A stretch of 60,122 nt of DNA, the filler included, from Sphacelaria rigidula (Eukaryota): assembly GCA_964200075.2 (NCBI GenBank). It is 10 parts of 10 records of this genome, joined end to end, with 100 filler letters (N's around TTAATTAATTAA, not from the genome) between each part and the next. Parts side by side here need not be neighbours in the genome. Positions count along the whole stretch, not along the records: positions 36,135 to 42,056 come from CAXNAA020023464.1; positions 42,157 to 48,078 come from CAXNAA020023465.1; positions 48,179 to 54,100 come from CAXNAA020023466.1; 7 more parts are not named here. One strand, 5' to 3'. Position numbers and translations under genes: made by a program. The notes beneath the pieces were generated by a model. It searched no databases, was not told where the DNA came from, and saw only the letters and a list, made by a program, of their open reading frames with translations. Of the stretch, positions 38,728 through 51,317 are shown in pieces. Numbering within the stretch: position 1 is the stretch's first letter; each line of letters begins with the position of its first letter.

Positions 38728-40118
38728 CACGAAGTACGGCGTTCGCGCTACGTGAGTATCTTGTGCAGAATTGCCCAAACTTCTGCACTTCCACCCGTAA
38801 CTTGTCAACATCCTAGTACGCGCTGTGAAGCGGTATTCCTCTTCGAACACAAAGTTAAATAGGCGGTGTTCATTCAGGAGGCACTGCTTCTCAAGTTGTG
38901 AAGGTGTGACGGCTTAACTATGTGAGTCGACCCATCCCGATACGGTTTCTGTTTTCACTGTTTATTGCGGGCAAACCTACTGGATCATCGTGACAACGTG
39001 TCCTCGGAATGGCCCACAACAATCGAACGCTGAGAAGTACTGAACTTCATGACAGTCCCACCGTAGCTTGATGGTGCCTGACCACCTGTAGTAAGTTGAA
39101 GCGATGCCCAGCATCTGTCTACTGTGGGGAGTATTGCAGTCATATATTCTTGTAGGTCCATGGGTGCCTATGTGAACGTTGTGATGCTATTGTAATGGCT
39201 GAGCGTGCTTCGTCGTAAGGATTCATGGTTACAGGCACACACAGCACCGTGCGTAGCAACTGTATTATGGATGGCACACGCATGAATGGTAGACCAGCCA
39301 TGACAAACGTCATTTGTGGCAGCCGCACGGTGGGCACTCGTCCACCGCTACCACCGTGACCCGCGCGTCCGCTGCTCCATGCGGGTGAAACCAGCTTGTT
39401 AGAGGAAGCAGCGTCTAAAGCTCGTGACACCTACTATTTGGTACGGCAATGTTCTGCCTGTACTACTACTGTTTTTATCATCACAAACTTCGTTACATGG
39501 CTACAAGTTTGCTTACGCAACTTCGTCTTCATGAATACTGTACAGCTACTGCCATTTCCTATGGAACTGTTATCAGACTTTCTTATCTGGCATGATTCCT
39601 GTCTGCATGATTCATCTGTCCGTGCCTTTCAATTAGAACAGACCTACCGGCTTCATCTTGACCTGAGGTGTCTTGATGGCGTTTCTCCCATCAGAGCAAG
39701 GCCAACCGCCACTCACTGCAAACTTTGCGGAGACTGTAACCACCGGCATCAACCGTTCTCGAGGCACACACGAGCACTGCGTTTTAGAGCAACATCTCTC
39801 GGTAGTAGCCGCTTCATCTCGTATCTGCACGTCTAAAGTTTAAGGATATATTGAAGATTGCAAAATTAGCCGCGCAACGATCAACTGTTCGACACATACA
39901 TGTTGGTCCGTGTCGCATGTGTCGCCACAAGTACCGTGGGATGGCACGCACAGAACCGGTCCGTGGGAAAAAGTCACCCCTGTGGCAGGTTGCAACCGCT
40001 GCCTACTTATGTTCTTCTCTGGTTGAAACATGAAAACGCGTAAAGCTCATGAATTGAGCTAATCTTCTGACCCAACGTCGATTTCTCCTCTGTATCATGT
40101 CTTGAACATGTAGTATAT

Positions 40119-40519
40119 AATCCTGAGAAACCAGGCCAAGCAAAAGATGGGCCTCAACCCCAAGCCAGTGCTTTCTTTACACTAAAATAAATTATGCCCA
40201 ATGGCATTTTTTGTCGGCTCGGTGCCCCTCGTTTGCTTGGAAACTGTTTCAGCGCCTTTTACACACTTCGTACGCCCATACAGCGCTGAGGGAAAGGATC
40301 ATTTATCCTGATTTGGGGCTTGAGAATTTTTCGGGGGGTATGACTCGCTCAGCGCTGTGGGCTTACAAAGTGGCTGGAAGGCACTGAATCAAATAATTTC
40401 CACGCGATCGAGGGGCACTAGGCCGACAAAAACGTCATTGGGCATGATGCCTCAGTCGTAGGGAAACCATTTTTGGGAGATTGAAACTGATTTTTTTTTC
40501 AACCTCATTTTCTTAGGAT
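40119..40519. mobile_element. ~400-bp foldback/MITE (long imperfect hairpin)
   Basis: attatgcccaatggcattttttgtcggctcggtgcccctcg...cagcgctgag (40191-40290) pairs with ctcagcgctg...cgaggggcactaggccgacaaaaacgtcattgggcatgat (40348-40448). Weaker pairing extends to tcctgagaaa / tttcttagga. Confidence 0.8.
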
Positions 40520-41037
40520 GATCTGTGAAAAATAGAGAGTTTCGGAATCTGCTTTTTTGTCATTTTAGAGAGCAAGTATCTCAGGATGAACGTTCAGAAT
40601 TGGAGAAAAGACTCATCGAAAAAAGTTGAGAGATACCACATGTGACGGACGGGGAGATGATTTCCCGTTCCACTCTGATTCTGAGATATTGACACTTCGA
40701 AATAAAGGACAAAAACGCGTTTTCCGATACAATATCTGAAGGCGAATGTATCAGAAAGAAGAATACCATTTGTATTTGACTTGACCAAATATATGGTTCT
40801 TTCCACACTGGAGACGGCGCAGGACAACTTTGAACCGGTTGCGGAACAATCACCGGCATGTATGTGAGAACACAGTATGTACAGTATAACGTCGGCCATT
40901 TGAACGCCCCTGCTAACACGTACCTACCTTGCTTGGAGCAGTGCCACGGGTAGGAGCTTTGAAGTGTGTGGAGACAATTTTGTAGTGATATCTGCAGATA
41001 ACATTGCTGTTGGGACTCGCCTTGTTGCCGGCGGCAG

Positions 41038-42032
41038 GCAGAGACCCGTTCAATGAACCTGGGCTGCTTCCGAGACTCCCAGGATGACCGTCGGTTCGAG
41101 CTGGGCATAAGCGGTCCTGACAACAGCCAACAGGTAAAAGTAATTACTCTGCGAGATACGGGTAGACGCGTATCCAGTGCTCCACGTACACAGTGCCGTC
41201 GCCGGCATTACAGTGCAGTCAATTCTCGCACCAAATACCTTTCAGACCTACCGAGGCCTATGAGCACCTGACGCCCCGCGAGTGAATAGGGTGACGACGC
41301 GAAATGTTGTTGTAAGCGAAATATATTGTGGTAGCAGTTCGGAGGATAAGGTGTTCACGGTCTTATTTAATAGAGACGGTAATAGTGCATCTTGGCTACG
41401 ATGTATTTGGTAAACTTCCCAGTGGCAGTAGATGGCTCAAAAGCTGAGCACAATTCGTCGATCACGAACAAACACGGCGGGGGAAGCTTTTCGAAAAACG
41501 ATACAGCAAGATGCCCTACGCTCTTCTTCAAATTCGACCCTGAATACCGTGCCCTTCCATCGGCTCTTCTATGGCATATAGCATCACTTTGCTCACAAAA
41601 TATCGTTCGCCGCCCATACTCTAATGGAGAAGGCGTGTCCCATGACTGATCAAATACCGACCTCAAAGGTGGGGCACACCTCTGTAACTTAACGCGGACC
41701 AGAAGAAATGCGCGTAGGAACTTGGGTAGGGCCAATGGCTGCTGCTCTCGTCTACTACACTCAGCCGTGTCGATTGACGATGAATTCTGGCCGCCCCTAC
41801 TACCATTTGACGACCCCACTCATCTACGCCTTTCACTCGCTGGAAGTTCTGCTACGACTACTGTAAGCGAAAGGGCTCGTACATGTACTACGGCCTGCAG
41901 TACGGCAGCGAGTGCTGGTGCGGTGTCGCCGGTACCGACTACGACGGTCTGGGCGCTCTCCCCCAAGACAGTTGCCGCCAGTCCTGCTCGGGCATCCCCG
42001 GAAAGGATTGCGGTGGCAGAAACGCCATGCAG
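41038..42032 (+). CDS. WSC-domain (carbohydrate-binding) protein fragment, exons 41038-41133 and 41847-42032
   Basis: Spliced peptide AETRSMNLGCFRDSQDDRRFELGISGPDNSQQ-FCYDYCKRKGSYMYYGLQYGSECWCGVAGTDYDGLGALPQDSCRQSCSGIPGKDCGGRNAMQ has the full WSC pattern (LGCF.D; C...C; YGLQYG.ECWCG; C...C.G.....CGG). Canonical splice sites, phase 0. Confidence 0.92.
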
Positions 42033-42608
42033 GTATCTGATCATACGCAGGGTCGGNNNNNNNNNNNNNNNNNNNNNNNNNNNNNNNNNNNNNNNNNNNN
42101 TTAATTAATTAANNNNNNNNNNNNNNNNNNNNNNNNNNNNNNNNNNNNNNNNNNNNTAATAATAATAATAACAATAATAACAATTCTTTTCATAGTCGTC
42201 CCACAGCTTGTGCCGGGATAATACAGTTATCGTCTGCCGTGACGCTACACCCAGAACACGTGTAAGTTTTACGACTTCCACGCACCAACGCTGCTACAGA
42301 CAATCGGGTCTTCGCTTTTCCTCGACGACATACGTCTGTTCTGTGCACAATTCCGAGCTCCGTAGATAGCTCTTTCCGCTACAACTTTAATAAAGTTGTA
42401 TTAACCAGACCCCGGACATAGGTGTTACATAAAACAATTCGCTTGAATAAATGACTCAAGTACACCGGGTCCCACGGTCCCCTCAGGCGCTATTAGGCTC
42501 CATTATCCCGTATTTCCGGATACAAGCTTCGGCTTTTGCACGTAGCATCTCTTGGTGTCACGCTCCTTTAACTAGATCTCGCAGACCAGACACAGTGCAC
42601 CTGCCTTT

Positions 42609-45600
42609 TTGAAACAAAGGCCGCGTACTATCATCATGTCGCACAGAAATAACGCTGGCTCTTCCCTTCAATTGGGAAACCAACCGCTTTGCCGGACCCG
42701 GAGTCAAACTACTGGCGGTTCGCAATCTTTTAAGATGAGTGGCACGTCACCTTCAACTCATCGCCGCACGTATTCGAGCGCTGTTCGATCTTCGGGATCT
42801 GAAGACCAACTTTCGAGCGAAGCTCGTTCTTCAAGGCTTGAAGACAAGACTTTGACGCCGAGACCTGTTCTCTCACGTTCCGATCCGGACACAGAGAACA
42901 TGGTAGTGCAACCGACCGCGTCATTGGCTCCTGACGGGCATAGCAGTGAGCCCATAACGGTGGATTCTGTCGCACACCCCTCGCTGGCCCCTTTTCTCCC
43001 GAATCCCAATGTGGAATCCGGAGTTAGGATTGTGCCCTCGGTCGAGTCGTTGCCCCTGGACACACGTGTCCAACTTGGCCCTGACACCCTTGCTCCAATC
43101 ATGGCGCCCCGTCGCATGACGACTGACAACTCTCGAGACGATTCTGTCCCGACGAAGAGCATCGCTTCTGGAGCAAGAGACTTTTTCACACGGGCTGCTT
43201 CCATTACGGACTCCCTTCGCACGACTCTCGATAGCCCCATGCGCCCTACTGCACAGTCCAATGTCGGACCGGCAGTTGCGGCCATGCATGCTGCCATGCA
43301 AACTCTGCATCGCACCTCCTCGGCGTCGTCGCCATCGCCAGCGCCAGTTCTCATCGAGGTATTTAGGGTTTTTTGCCACGCAACGCTCCAAGATCAATCG
43401 GCGTCTGCTCATGTGCAATTCAATGATGATTCTGCACCTGCCACGCCCAAACTCATACGTCTGGCGTCCCGTTCGGCGACATCTCGCCCCCCGTTCGTCA
43501 CTCATGATAAGTTCAACGAACACGAGTCCAGCCCTTCATCAACGTCGCAGCAGAGCCTTACTCGACCACGGCCTCCGTTCTGGCAGTTATAAGGGCAACT
43601 CCCAGCAAAGCTTGAATTCATCGTGCGTTTCAACACGTCTGAAGAACGTCCCTCGTGGTTACACTTACGACGGCGATTCACGTCACAGCTCCAACTGACT
43701 AATGCCGAGATAGCCCCCCCACAAAAAGTGCATCGGCACCATCCAACGAACTGGCTGCGATCCCACTATTGGGCTTGTTTGCAGCTATTTCGCCCACATG
43801 AGNNNNNNNNNNCGCGTCGTGCGGCACGAAACCAGCTTTAACGGCAGTTATGATCATCGCCTCCGTGCACTTTTTTGGCCAGTTAAGGGGGGGGCTATCT
43901 CGGCAGCAGTCAACTCATCATGCGCTCCGCAGCGCACGGCGAATGCTAACTGTGAACGTACTCGCGAGGATGCCTTGCGGCACAGATCAAGGTCTTCGCG
44001 CGTCGACTCGCGCTCGAAAAACACCGATCATGAACCCTCGCGCATCTCTCCTGCTCAGCATTTGTCACACAGCCGTCATGTACGCAATGATAACACTGTA
44101 CATGCTGATGATATCCAAAACATATTTTCGGACATGTCTCCGGCTCCGGAATCCTCAATTGAGGGATCCGGCCGCACCTCAACGCACAACCAACGACCAC
44201 GCACTGACCGCGAACCACCGTCCCGTTCCGTCGCTGCGCTTATTCGTTCTCTGCAACAGCGTTTGACAGATCTTGAACGACAACTTGCAATAGCAACCAT
44301 GGACACCAAATGCACTACCGCTGCTGCTAAGCCTACGAGGGATACCACCAACACCGCTCCCACTCCCGCCGCAACCGCCACTATCGCGGTCACTGCGCCT
44401 TCTGCCGCAGCCACTGCAGCCACGGCCCCAACTCCTGCTGCCGCCCAGCCTGCAGTAGACACAGATGCGGATAGTGGTCCCATCACTGGCCCTGTCGGGG
44501 ACGTCTCCGTGCGCTCGCCTCCTTCGGTGGAGGATCTTCCTCCGCTCGGCGACGAGCATTGCCCCACCGGGCTTCTGTTGAGGTTATTCAGGGACTGCCC
44601 CCGCGCGGAACAAGAAAAGCTCATTCACGACTATGCGTCCCAAGCCCCGGCGCTAGCCCGCAACATACTCGACCAGCAACGAGATGCTGACGAGGCTGCC
44701 GCCCGCCTCATTTTGGAGGAACATGCTGCCAAGCTGGAGGATTTTCAGCGACAGGCTTCAATTGCCCAAGCCACCAAGACGGCAGCGCACAGGGCATTGC
44801 AGGAAGGGCAGACTGCAGCCTTGACGGCACAGAGGAGGGTTCGCGGGCTACAAGATCATGTTCGGCGCACGACGCAAGAAGCAGATTCGTCGATGGTGCG
44901 GGTGACCCACCATCAAGCCTCCCCGCCGCCTTCCATCGACCACTTGCTCGACGCTCGACCTCCTCGACAGCCCACGCCCACCAGGTCGGACTACATTACA
45001 CCACGTAAGTCCGACCGGGCGTCATCTGTCGCGGCCGCCGCCGCCCCCACGCCGCCTCGTGCACCTGGCCCGGAGGTCACTTCCGGCCCCACCACAGGCC
45101 TGCAACTTACACCACACGAAGGAGTGTGGCCTTCTCCGTCTGCGGCCGACTATATCGGTCCCTTCCAGCGAATAAAACCACCCTCACTGCTCCCGTCACG
45201 CTTGGAACACCATTTCCCAACGCATGTTAGCCGTTATTGGTGGCTATGTGGAACAGGGCGGCTTCTTCCCGGACGAAGGCGTGTCGGCGATCACCTTGGG
45301 CCAACTGGTCCTTCAGGCGACTATCGGCGATGGTCCGCATCTCCAGCGTTACGTTGACACTGTCACCGGTCTTTTTGCGGAAGCGCCGCTTATAACTCTG
45401 AGAACCCAGAATCCGCGGCGGGCATGGTTTTGATGTGCCAGAGTTTTTCCACATCCATCTGAATATACCGTCTTTGAATTGCAGCTACTCGGGCAGATTT
45501 AGCTCTATCCTTTGCTAGCTTCAGAACGTTCTTTGTCAGCCGCAGCGGTTGCTAAGACACGGGCTGCAGTAGAAGACAAAGGACGGTCAGATGTATCCGT

Positions 45601-48078
45601 ATCGGACAAACCTAAAATGCGGGCCGAAACATCAGCCAATTTGGAAGTCACTTGCCTCTGGGTCGCTGAACCCGTGGGGGAAGGTATGTACTGGACCGGT
45701 TCCAGGCCGTTGCGGATGATCCGGACGAGGTACCTCCGGTGTTCTTGCCTTTCGGTTTGCGAGGCGGGCGGTTTGGTCCGGAACCACCCGAAGAGGATCC
45801 TCCACCGCCATGGACAAAGGACGTTCTGAAGCTAGCAACAAAGTAGCTTCCGACAGAGCTGAATCTGCCCGAGTAGCTGCAATTCAACGACGATATATTC
45901 AGATGGATGTGAAAAAACTCTGGCACATCAAAACCATGCCCGCCGCGGATAATGAAGATTCGGGTCAGTTTACTTCTGCCCTTATCACGTCCATCCGCCG
46001 TACTGTGTGTAACATCCTTTACTTGGCGGATGTGACTGTTACACAACGTTTCGAAGATTCCGACTGGGTAGAGGACTGGCAGACTCCCTTGCACAAAGCA
46101 ACGCATCGATCGATCAGCCGCCGCTCTCCCGACCTCGCTGCTTCTTGAACGCAGGTTCTCGACGGATTCCTCGCGGAGATGGATCCGGATCGTTCCCAAG
46201 GGAAGACAGGCCCGATATTGCTCTCTGATTTGGAAAGGCGTCTCATAGGCTACTTTGACAAAAGTGACCAAGCCAGCGCCATCCAGAGGCTGAGTTCTTT
46301 TGTCGTCGCATCTGATGTCCCCTTCGCGGATTATCTCCGTGAATTTAAGCTTCTAGTTTCGGGTACGACGGGAGTCGGACATCAAAACGGACCGAGCGAT
46401 GCAATGTGTCAGACTTACGTTCACAATAGCGTTGCTCAACAGTATCCGGCTCTGATGCCGTCGTTGTTTCCGGGTGTCTTGGCGCATCGCGAGGTGCCTT
46501 ACGCCTCCATTGATACTACGTGGTCTGCTTTCGTACACCAAGAGGGTAATCTAATGCCTGCCATCCGTGGCAAACCTTCTACGTCTGTGCGTTCACAACC
46601 TACCGTTGTGTCCTCCACCCATGCCCAAGGGGCTCGCGGCAAGACTTCGAGCTCGTCTCGTGCTTCATGGACCCCCGACTCAGTCGCCGGTTCAGCAATG
46701 CATGTTCAGAGAACCAGAGATGCATTCAGCGCGAGATTTGACGGTTGGCCGTTTTCCGAGGAAACTTGGGATGATGTTTATTTGACTTCAACAACGGCAT
46801 TCAGAACCGATTTACCCCATCTGTGGAACGCACTTCTTTCGTCTTCCGCTAGATGCAATGCCTTCAGCAGTCATGCCAACAGTTGCACCAACTGTAGTGT
46901 TCAAGGCCGCAGCATGTGCGACTGTGACAGTCCATGCATCGATGCCTTCGATTTCATGAACCCTGAATTGCAGGACAACAAACCCGCGTGGCGCCGGTGG
47001 CAAAAACGCATGCTCGACTATCGTCCACCAAATCGAAATTTCCGCAACAATTCGAACCAACGTGGCAACAGAAGCTTTAATCGCGATCGCCGACACAGCA
47101 ACAATCGCGGAAGCCCTCGCCATAACGACCAAAATTCTCGCAAACACAAACAAACGTTCCGCTGATAGACACCAGCGGCCGGGACCGACACAAAGTTCTA
47201 ATCCCAACACCAGGAACCCTGGTACCTTCACTACGGATCGCCTAGATCCATGACGTGCCGACGCCGGCGTTCTTCGGTCTTCCACGCCGTAGATAGCACG
47301 AGCGAAGACTTTCTCAACACAGTCCGCGGAGTCCGTGTAAGAAATTGCTCACTCGACGCTCCCGGCACTATCCAGGAGCGTAACTGACGGCCGTTCATAT
47401 CGACCCCCGTCTCGAACCTCCACACAACTTTCAACACAGCCCGCAGAGCCCGCGACTAACATTGTCCGCCCGGCTCTCCCGGCACTATGCAGGAGTGCAA
47501 GTGACGGTCGTTTTAATCGACCCCCGTCTTCGTCCCTCCACACACCGCGTAACAGTTGTGTCACCCCGCGACTCAGACCTACACCCGGCTTTGAACTTGG
47601 TTCTTCAGTACCGAGTATAAGTCTGAGGTGTGGGAAGACCAACCGGCAGTCCCTGAGGCAACGGCTTCCCTCAGGAACCGCATGCACAGGAAGCTTCAAG
47701 CCTTTTTCAGCTGACCCAAGTGTTGCTAATTTGAACCTGACCACATCGGATCATGTAATTCCCAATCAGTTCGATCGGGCTCCTTCCCCGCGATTTTCAA
47801 GACGCGCGGACCTACCTTCGGCCGGTTTTACTAACGACCGCCCCAACATATCTTCGGCTATGCCCCAACAGCCAAGCTTGCCTACGGAAAGTAGCCCACA
47901 AGTTTCGCTCCGTCATGCCCCGATGCTGACCCCATCCACGCAACTTGACGCAGTTGTGGTTTCATCCCCAAATGTTTTGGAAGTTCCCCGACCTTTGTCA
48001 CGGCGAAAGAGAAAGCCCCGTAAGCATGCCCCCAAGGACGCGCGCGCATCATTACGTACACCTCTTTCGAGCGGAAAT
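42609..48078 (+). mobile_element. Degenerate retrotransposon (Ty3/Gypsy or DIRS/Ngaro type), long ORF1/gag region; pol is not within the contig
   Basis: Intronless coding-like stretch of over 5 kb, broken by frameshifts and a TGA at 46146. The 46179-47165 block has a gag-like helix pattern (DQASAIQRLSSF...VPFADYLREFKLLV), a decayed zinc knuckle CTNCSVQGRSMCDC (CX2CX4[H>R]X4C) and an R/N-rich basic tail. No RT, RNase H, integrase or YR motifs seen before the contig end. Confidence 0.65.
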
Positions 48079-48178
48079 NNNNNNNNNNNNNNNNNNNNNN
48101 NNNNNNNNNNNNNNNNNNNNNNTTAATTAATTAANNNNNNNNNNNNNNNNNNNNNNNNNNNNNNNNNNNNNNNNNNNN

Positions 48179-48239
48179 CGAACCCCCCAACTCAACCATC
48201 AGAAGGTTACGAGGTTACCAACTGAGCCACCGGGGCGAC
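48179..48239 (-). mobile_element. tRNA-derived SINE head (same family as 29922-30012), truncated by the contig edge
   Basis: Reverse complement reads GTCGCCCCGGTGGCTCAGTTGGTAACCTCGTAACCTTCTGATGGTTGAGTTGGGGGGTTCG, with box A and the start of box B. Confidence 0.75.
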
Positions 48240-49230
48240 GTATATAGTACAGCAGCAAAAACACAAGTTCCTGATGCTCCATTGACTAAAACCTCAGCGC
48301 ATGTACAGACCAGCAGTGGATCAGTTGATCACGACCTGTGCCCACCCTCGAGTACACGTGGACCGGCCCCCTTGTCTACATTGAGGTGTCTGGGGAGAGA
48401 ACCCACACTTTAAGGTTGTACATTTCAACTCTCAAATGAGCGTCTGCGCACCCACGATCGGAAAACTCAGCGAATAAGCCCACGACGACATCCACATAGC
48501 TTATTTCTTGGTTAGGGTTGCGAATAGGCAGCCGTAATCGCACGCAACGATACATGACCAGCTCTGGACTGTTGCTACCGTTGTGGGCATGACTGTGCTA
48601 TGTCCTCTCCTTTTGGTGGCACCATGATTTCTTTTATGTTATTGGCACAATGGGCTGTTGCAACACTGGTCTGAGGCTAAGCAACTACCCTGAGTCATTT
48701 ACAATGCCTTTCAACTAAGGCTCCGTTGCCCGGTGGTGCTGCTGTACAGTCAATGCTGTAGGACTCGGAAGAGGGCTCAGAAATCCTTGTTGGAGAAGTG
48801 GTTGCACCGCACTTCGCGAACCTAAACGTGGCTCTAGAGCGAGCCCTTAACTGAACCAAAAGATAATGTAGCGGGATTTACACCGAGGGTGCCTGCCAGC
48901 GTGATTCCGTAGCATCATTTATTTGGGGTACCCAACACCCGCCGTTGAATCTCTCCGTAGTCTACAGCTGGGTATTGCATGTACCGCACATTTCTGTGCT
49001 TGCATCATACGGTCTGTCGGTATGTCGATGTGACTGAACAAGTGCATGTATGCCGTACAGTATGCTGCTGCCGTTTGGGCATTTATTTTTTGTAGTATAA
49101 AGCTATATGCGCAGCTGCTTGTGTACCGTCTGTACTGACATATATAATTGCGAATACGCTGTTATTTTTTTCGTCCCTTGGTTGCCGTTTTGTTTCTCTT
49201 GGCCGGATCTGCAAAAAACTCAATTCACAG

Positions 49231-51317
49231 GAACGGGTCGCTGGTGAACTTCCTCACCTCCTCGAAGCCCGCCCCGGCCACGGTGAGTTCTGCATTATTC
49301 TTGTTGCGCCATGTTTTCATGTTCTCGTATATAACAACTCTTTGAGGGGTACGGCCAGATGCACCAGCGTTGTCTCACACTTCATGTTTCTCAAGTGAAG
49401 AAATTGTTCGAGGCTGACTTTTTTCCATCGCGTCTAGCCTTCGTCCTCCGTTCGTCAATCTCGCTCCCGCCCCCCACATGAGTACACCCCCCCCCCCCAC
49501 CTGCAGCGCCTAGTGTGAACTACTGGTTGATGGTCCCTCACCGTCTCAACTCGTGAAGTTTACTCGAGGTCTGTCATTGCACGATCCAATGATTGTTGAA
49601 CCGGACTTGAGACTCAGACGATACTCCCAAATTACCTGGATGTTTTCCGGGTGCAGCGATCGCCAGGGTCAGCAACACACGTTTTTGCGCATATCTGCGC
49701 CCCAAGTCGGCATCAATTCAAGCTCTGCCGGCGCACACTTCGCCAAGGCATGTACCCTCTGAGCTCTGGACCTCCCTCCGTCGCGCGAGGATTCTTCGTC
49801 ATATCTGGAGCTGGGGTTTGACATAAATGGTTTTACTACCCGTGGACTATTTTACGACACGCGTGATCGTCCCAAGACCCCCCCTAGCCTGATCACACCC
49901 CNNNNNNNNNNCCCCCCCCCCTCCCACCGCCCCCCCTCTCACTCCCCCTCGTCATTGATATGTTACTTTGTGCTGCAGGTAAGCGCCTCAGTCTCTGCGC
50001 CCAAGGTCTCCGCGCCTAAGGTCTCCGCCCCGGCACCGGTTGCAAAAGCTTCGAGCGGCAGACCGGCGGCGGCTGCCCGCGGAAGGCCAGCGGCCACCAA
50101 GAAGGCTGCCCCTGCCCCGAAGAAGGTGCTGGCTGATTCATCATGAAGAGTCCCTTCTCCTTCTCACGCATCACTGTATTTCTTGGATAGTCCAAACGAA
50201 ATTATCTTCATTTTCAAACCGCTTTTTGATTTTTTCTTCTCATTATTTTTTGCAGATATGAATGAAACCCGAACTAGTTAGGCAAAGCCAACATCAAAAC
50301 TACGCTGGTGCCGCCAAGCTGTCGATAGATGACCAGTCGATGGAGCGATTTCTCAGAAGTTGGCTTAAATAATATAACACGAATCAGGCGTCAAGTCCGA
50401 TGGTATGGATGCCCTTGAACTATGTTTTTTCCAACAGGGAAATGTTGATTCGTCTCGTGGAAAGTCGGACCAAAAGTTTGACCAATTGAGGGCAAAATAA
50501 CACATTCCTGGGTGAGTTCGGGGTGATTTTGACCCAAACTGATGCATTCTTCGAAAAAGGAAAACACTCCGCGGCTACCGACGTAGCTCGATCCCCCCGT
50601 CAAGAAAAATGTTGCTACACCTCACGATTCAACTTTTTGAAAGTTTCCACTTGAGAACAAAATAAGGGAATTGTCCTGTGCGGACCAAACACACATATAC
50701 ATATATATCCACGTTTCAATGCTCAGAAGTGTGAGATATGTTCGAATCGCATGATTGGTTCGTGACACTCACGGAACATGCACGGATCATGATCCGTATG
50801 GTGTGTTGAAGCGTGGTTGGCCCAGGAGCGCTGCCTCTTCTTCCGAACATGAGAGTGACAGTGTTTTCCCTCCCGGTGGGTGGTCATGTGTGCGGCGATT
50901 GTGCTACGAGTTTTATGTTCCCGCGCCAAACGTTTCTGCACTTCGTATCTTCAGGTTATTTTCTCTCCTCATGATCTCTCTCCCCCGCGCTGCCCTCTCC
51001 TTCTCACTTGAGTGAGAAAGGGAGTGAAAGCCTGAAGCCTGTGTAATTTGGTGCCGGAAAAAATCTGCACAGGTATCACAGGCGCGTTCACGTGCCATGT
51101 GTTGCATGCACAGGGTATGAATTCAAAATATTCTCGCTTGCCCTTCCACTTCTGATCCGCTTGGTCAGTCATTTGTGCTAACGAGTGCCTCTGTTCCCTT
51201 CCTGTGCGTTCTTGTACTGACCACGTGCCCATCTCTTATGTTTTCCTTCCGCCTTTTTTGTTTTTGTTTTTTTCCTCATCAGGCTGCGCCCAAGCCCAAG
51301 CCCAAGCCCACTCCCGT
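49231..51317 (+). CDS. Ala/Pro/Lys-rich protein fragment, exons 49231-49282, 49979-50125, 51283-51317
   Basis: Strong splice sites (ttcacag|...|gtgagt; gctgcag|...|gtgctg; long pyrimidine tract-catcag|...|gtaagt). In-phase peptide NGSLVNFLTSSKPAPAT-VSASVSAPKVSAPKVSAPAPVAKASSGRPAAAARGRPAATKKAAPAPKK-AAPKPKPKPTP, with many C/G-ending codons. Confidence 0.7.
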
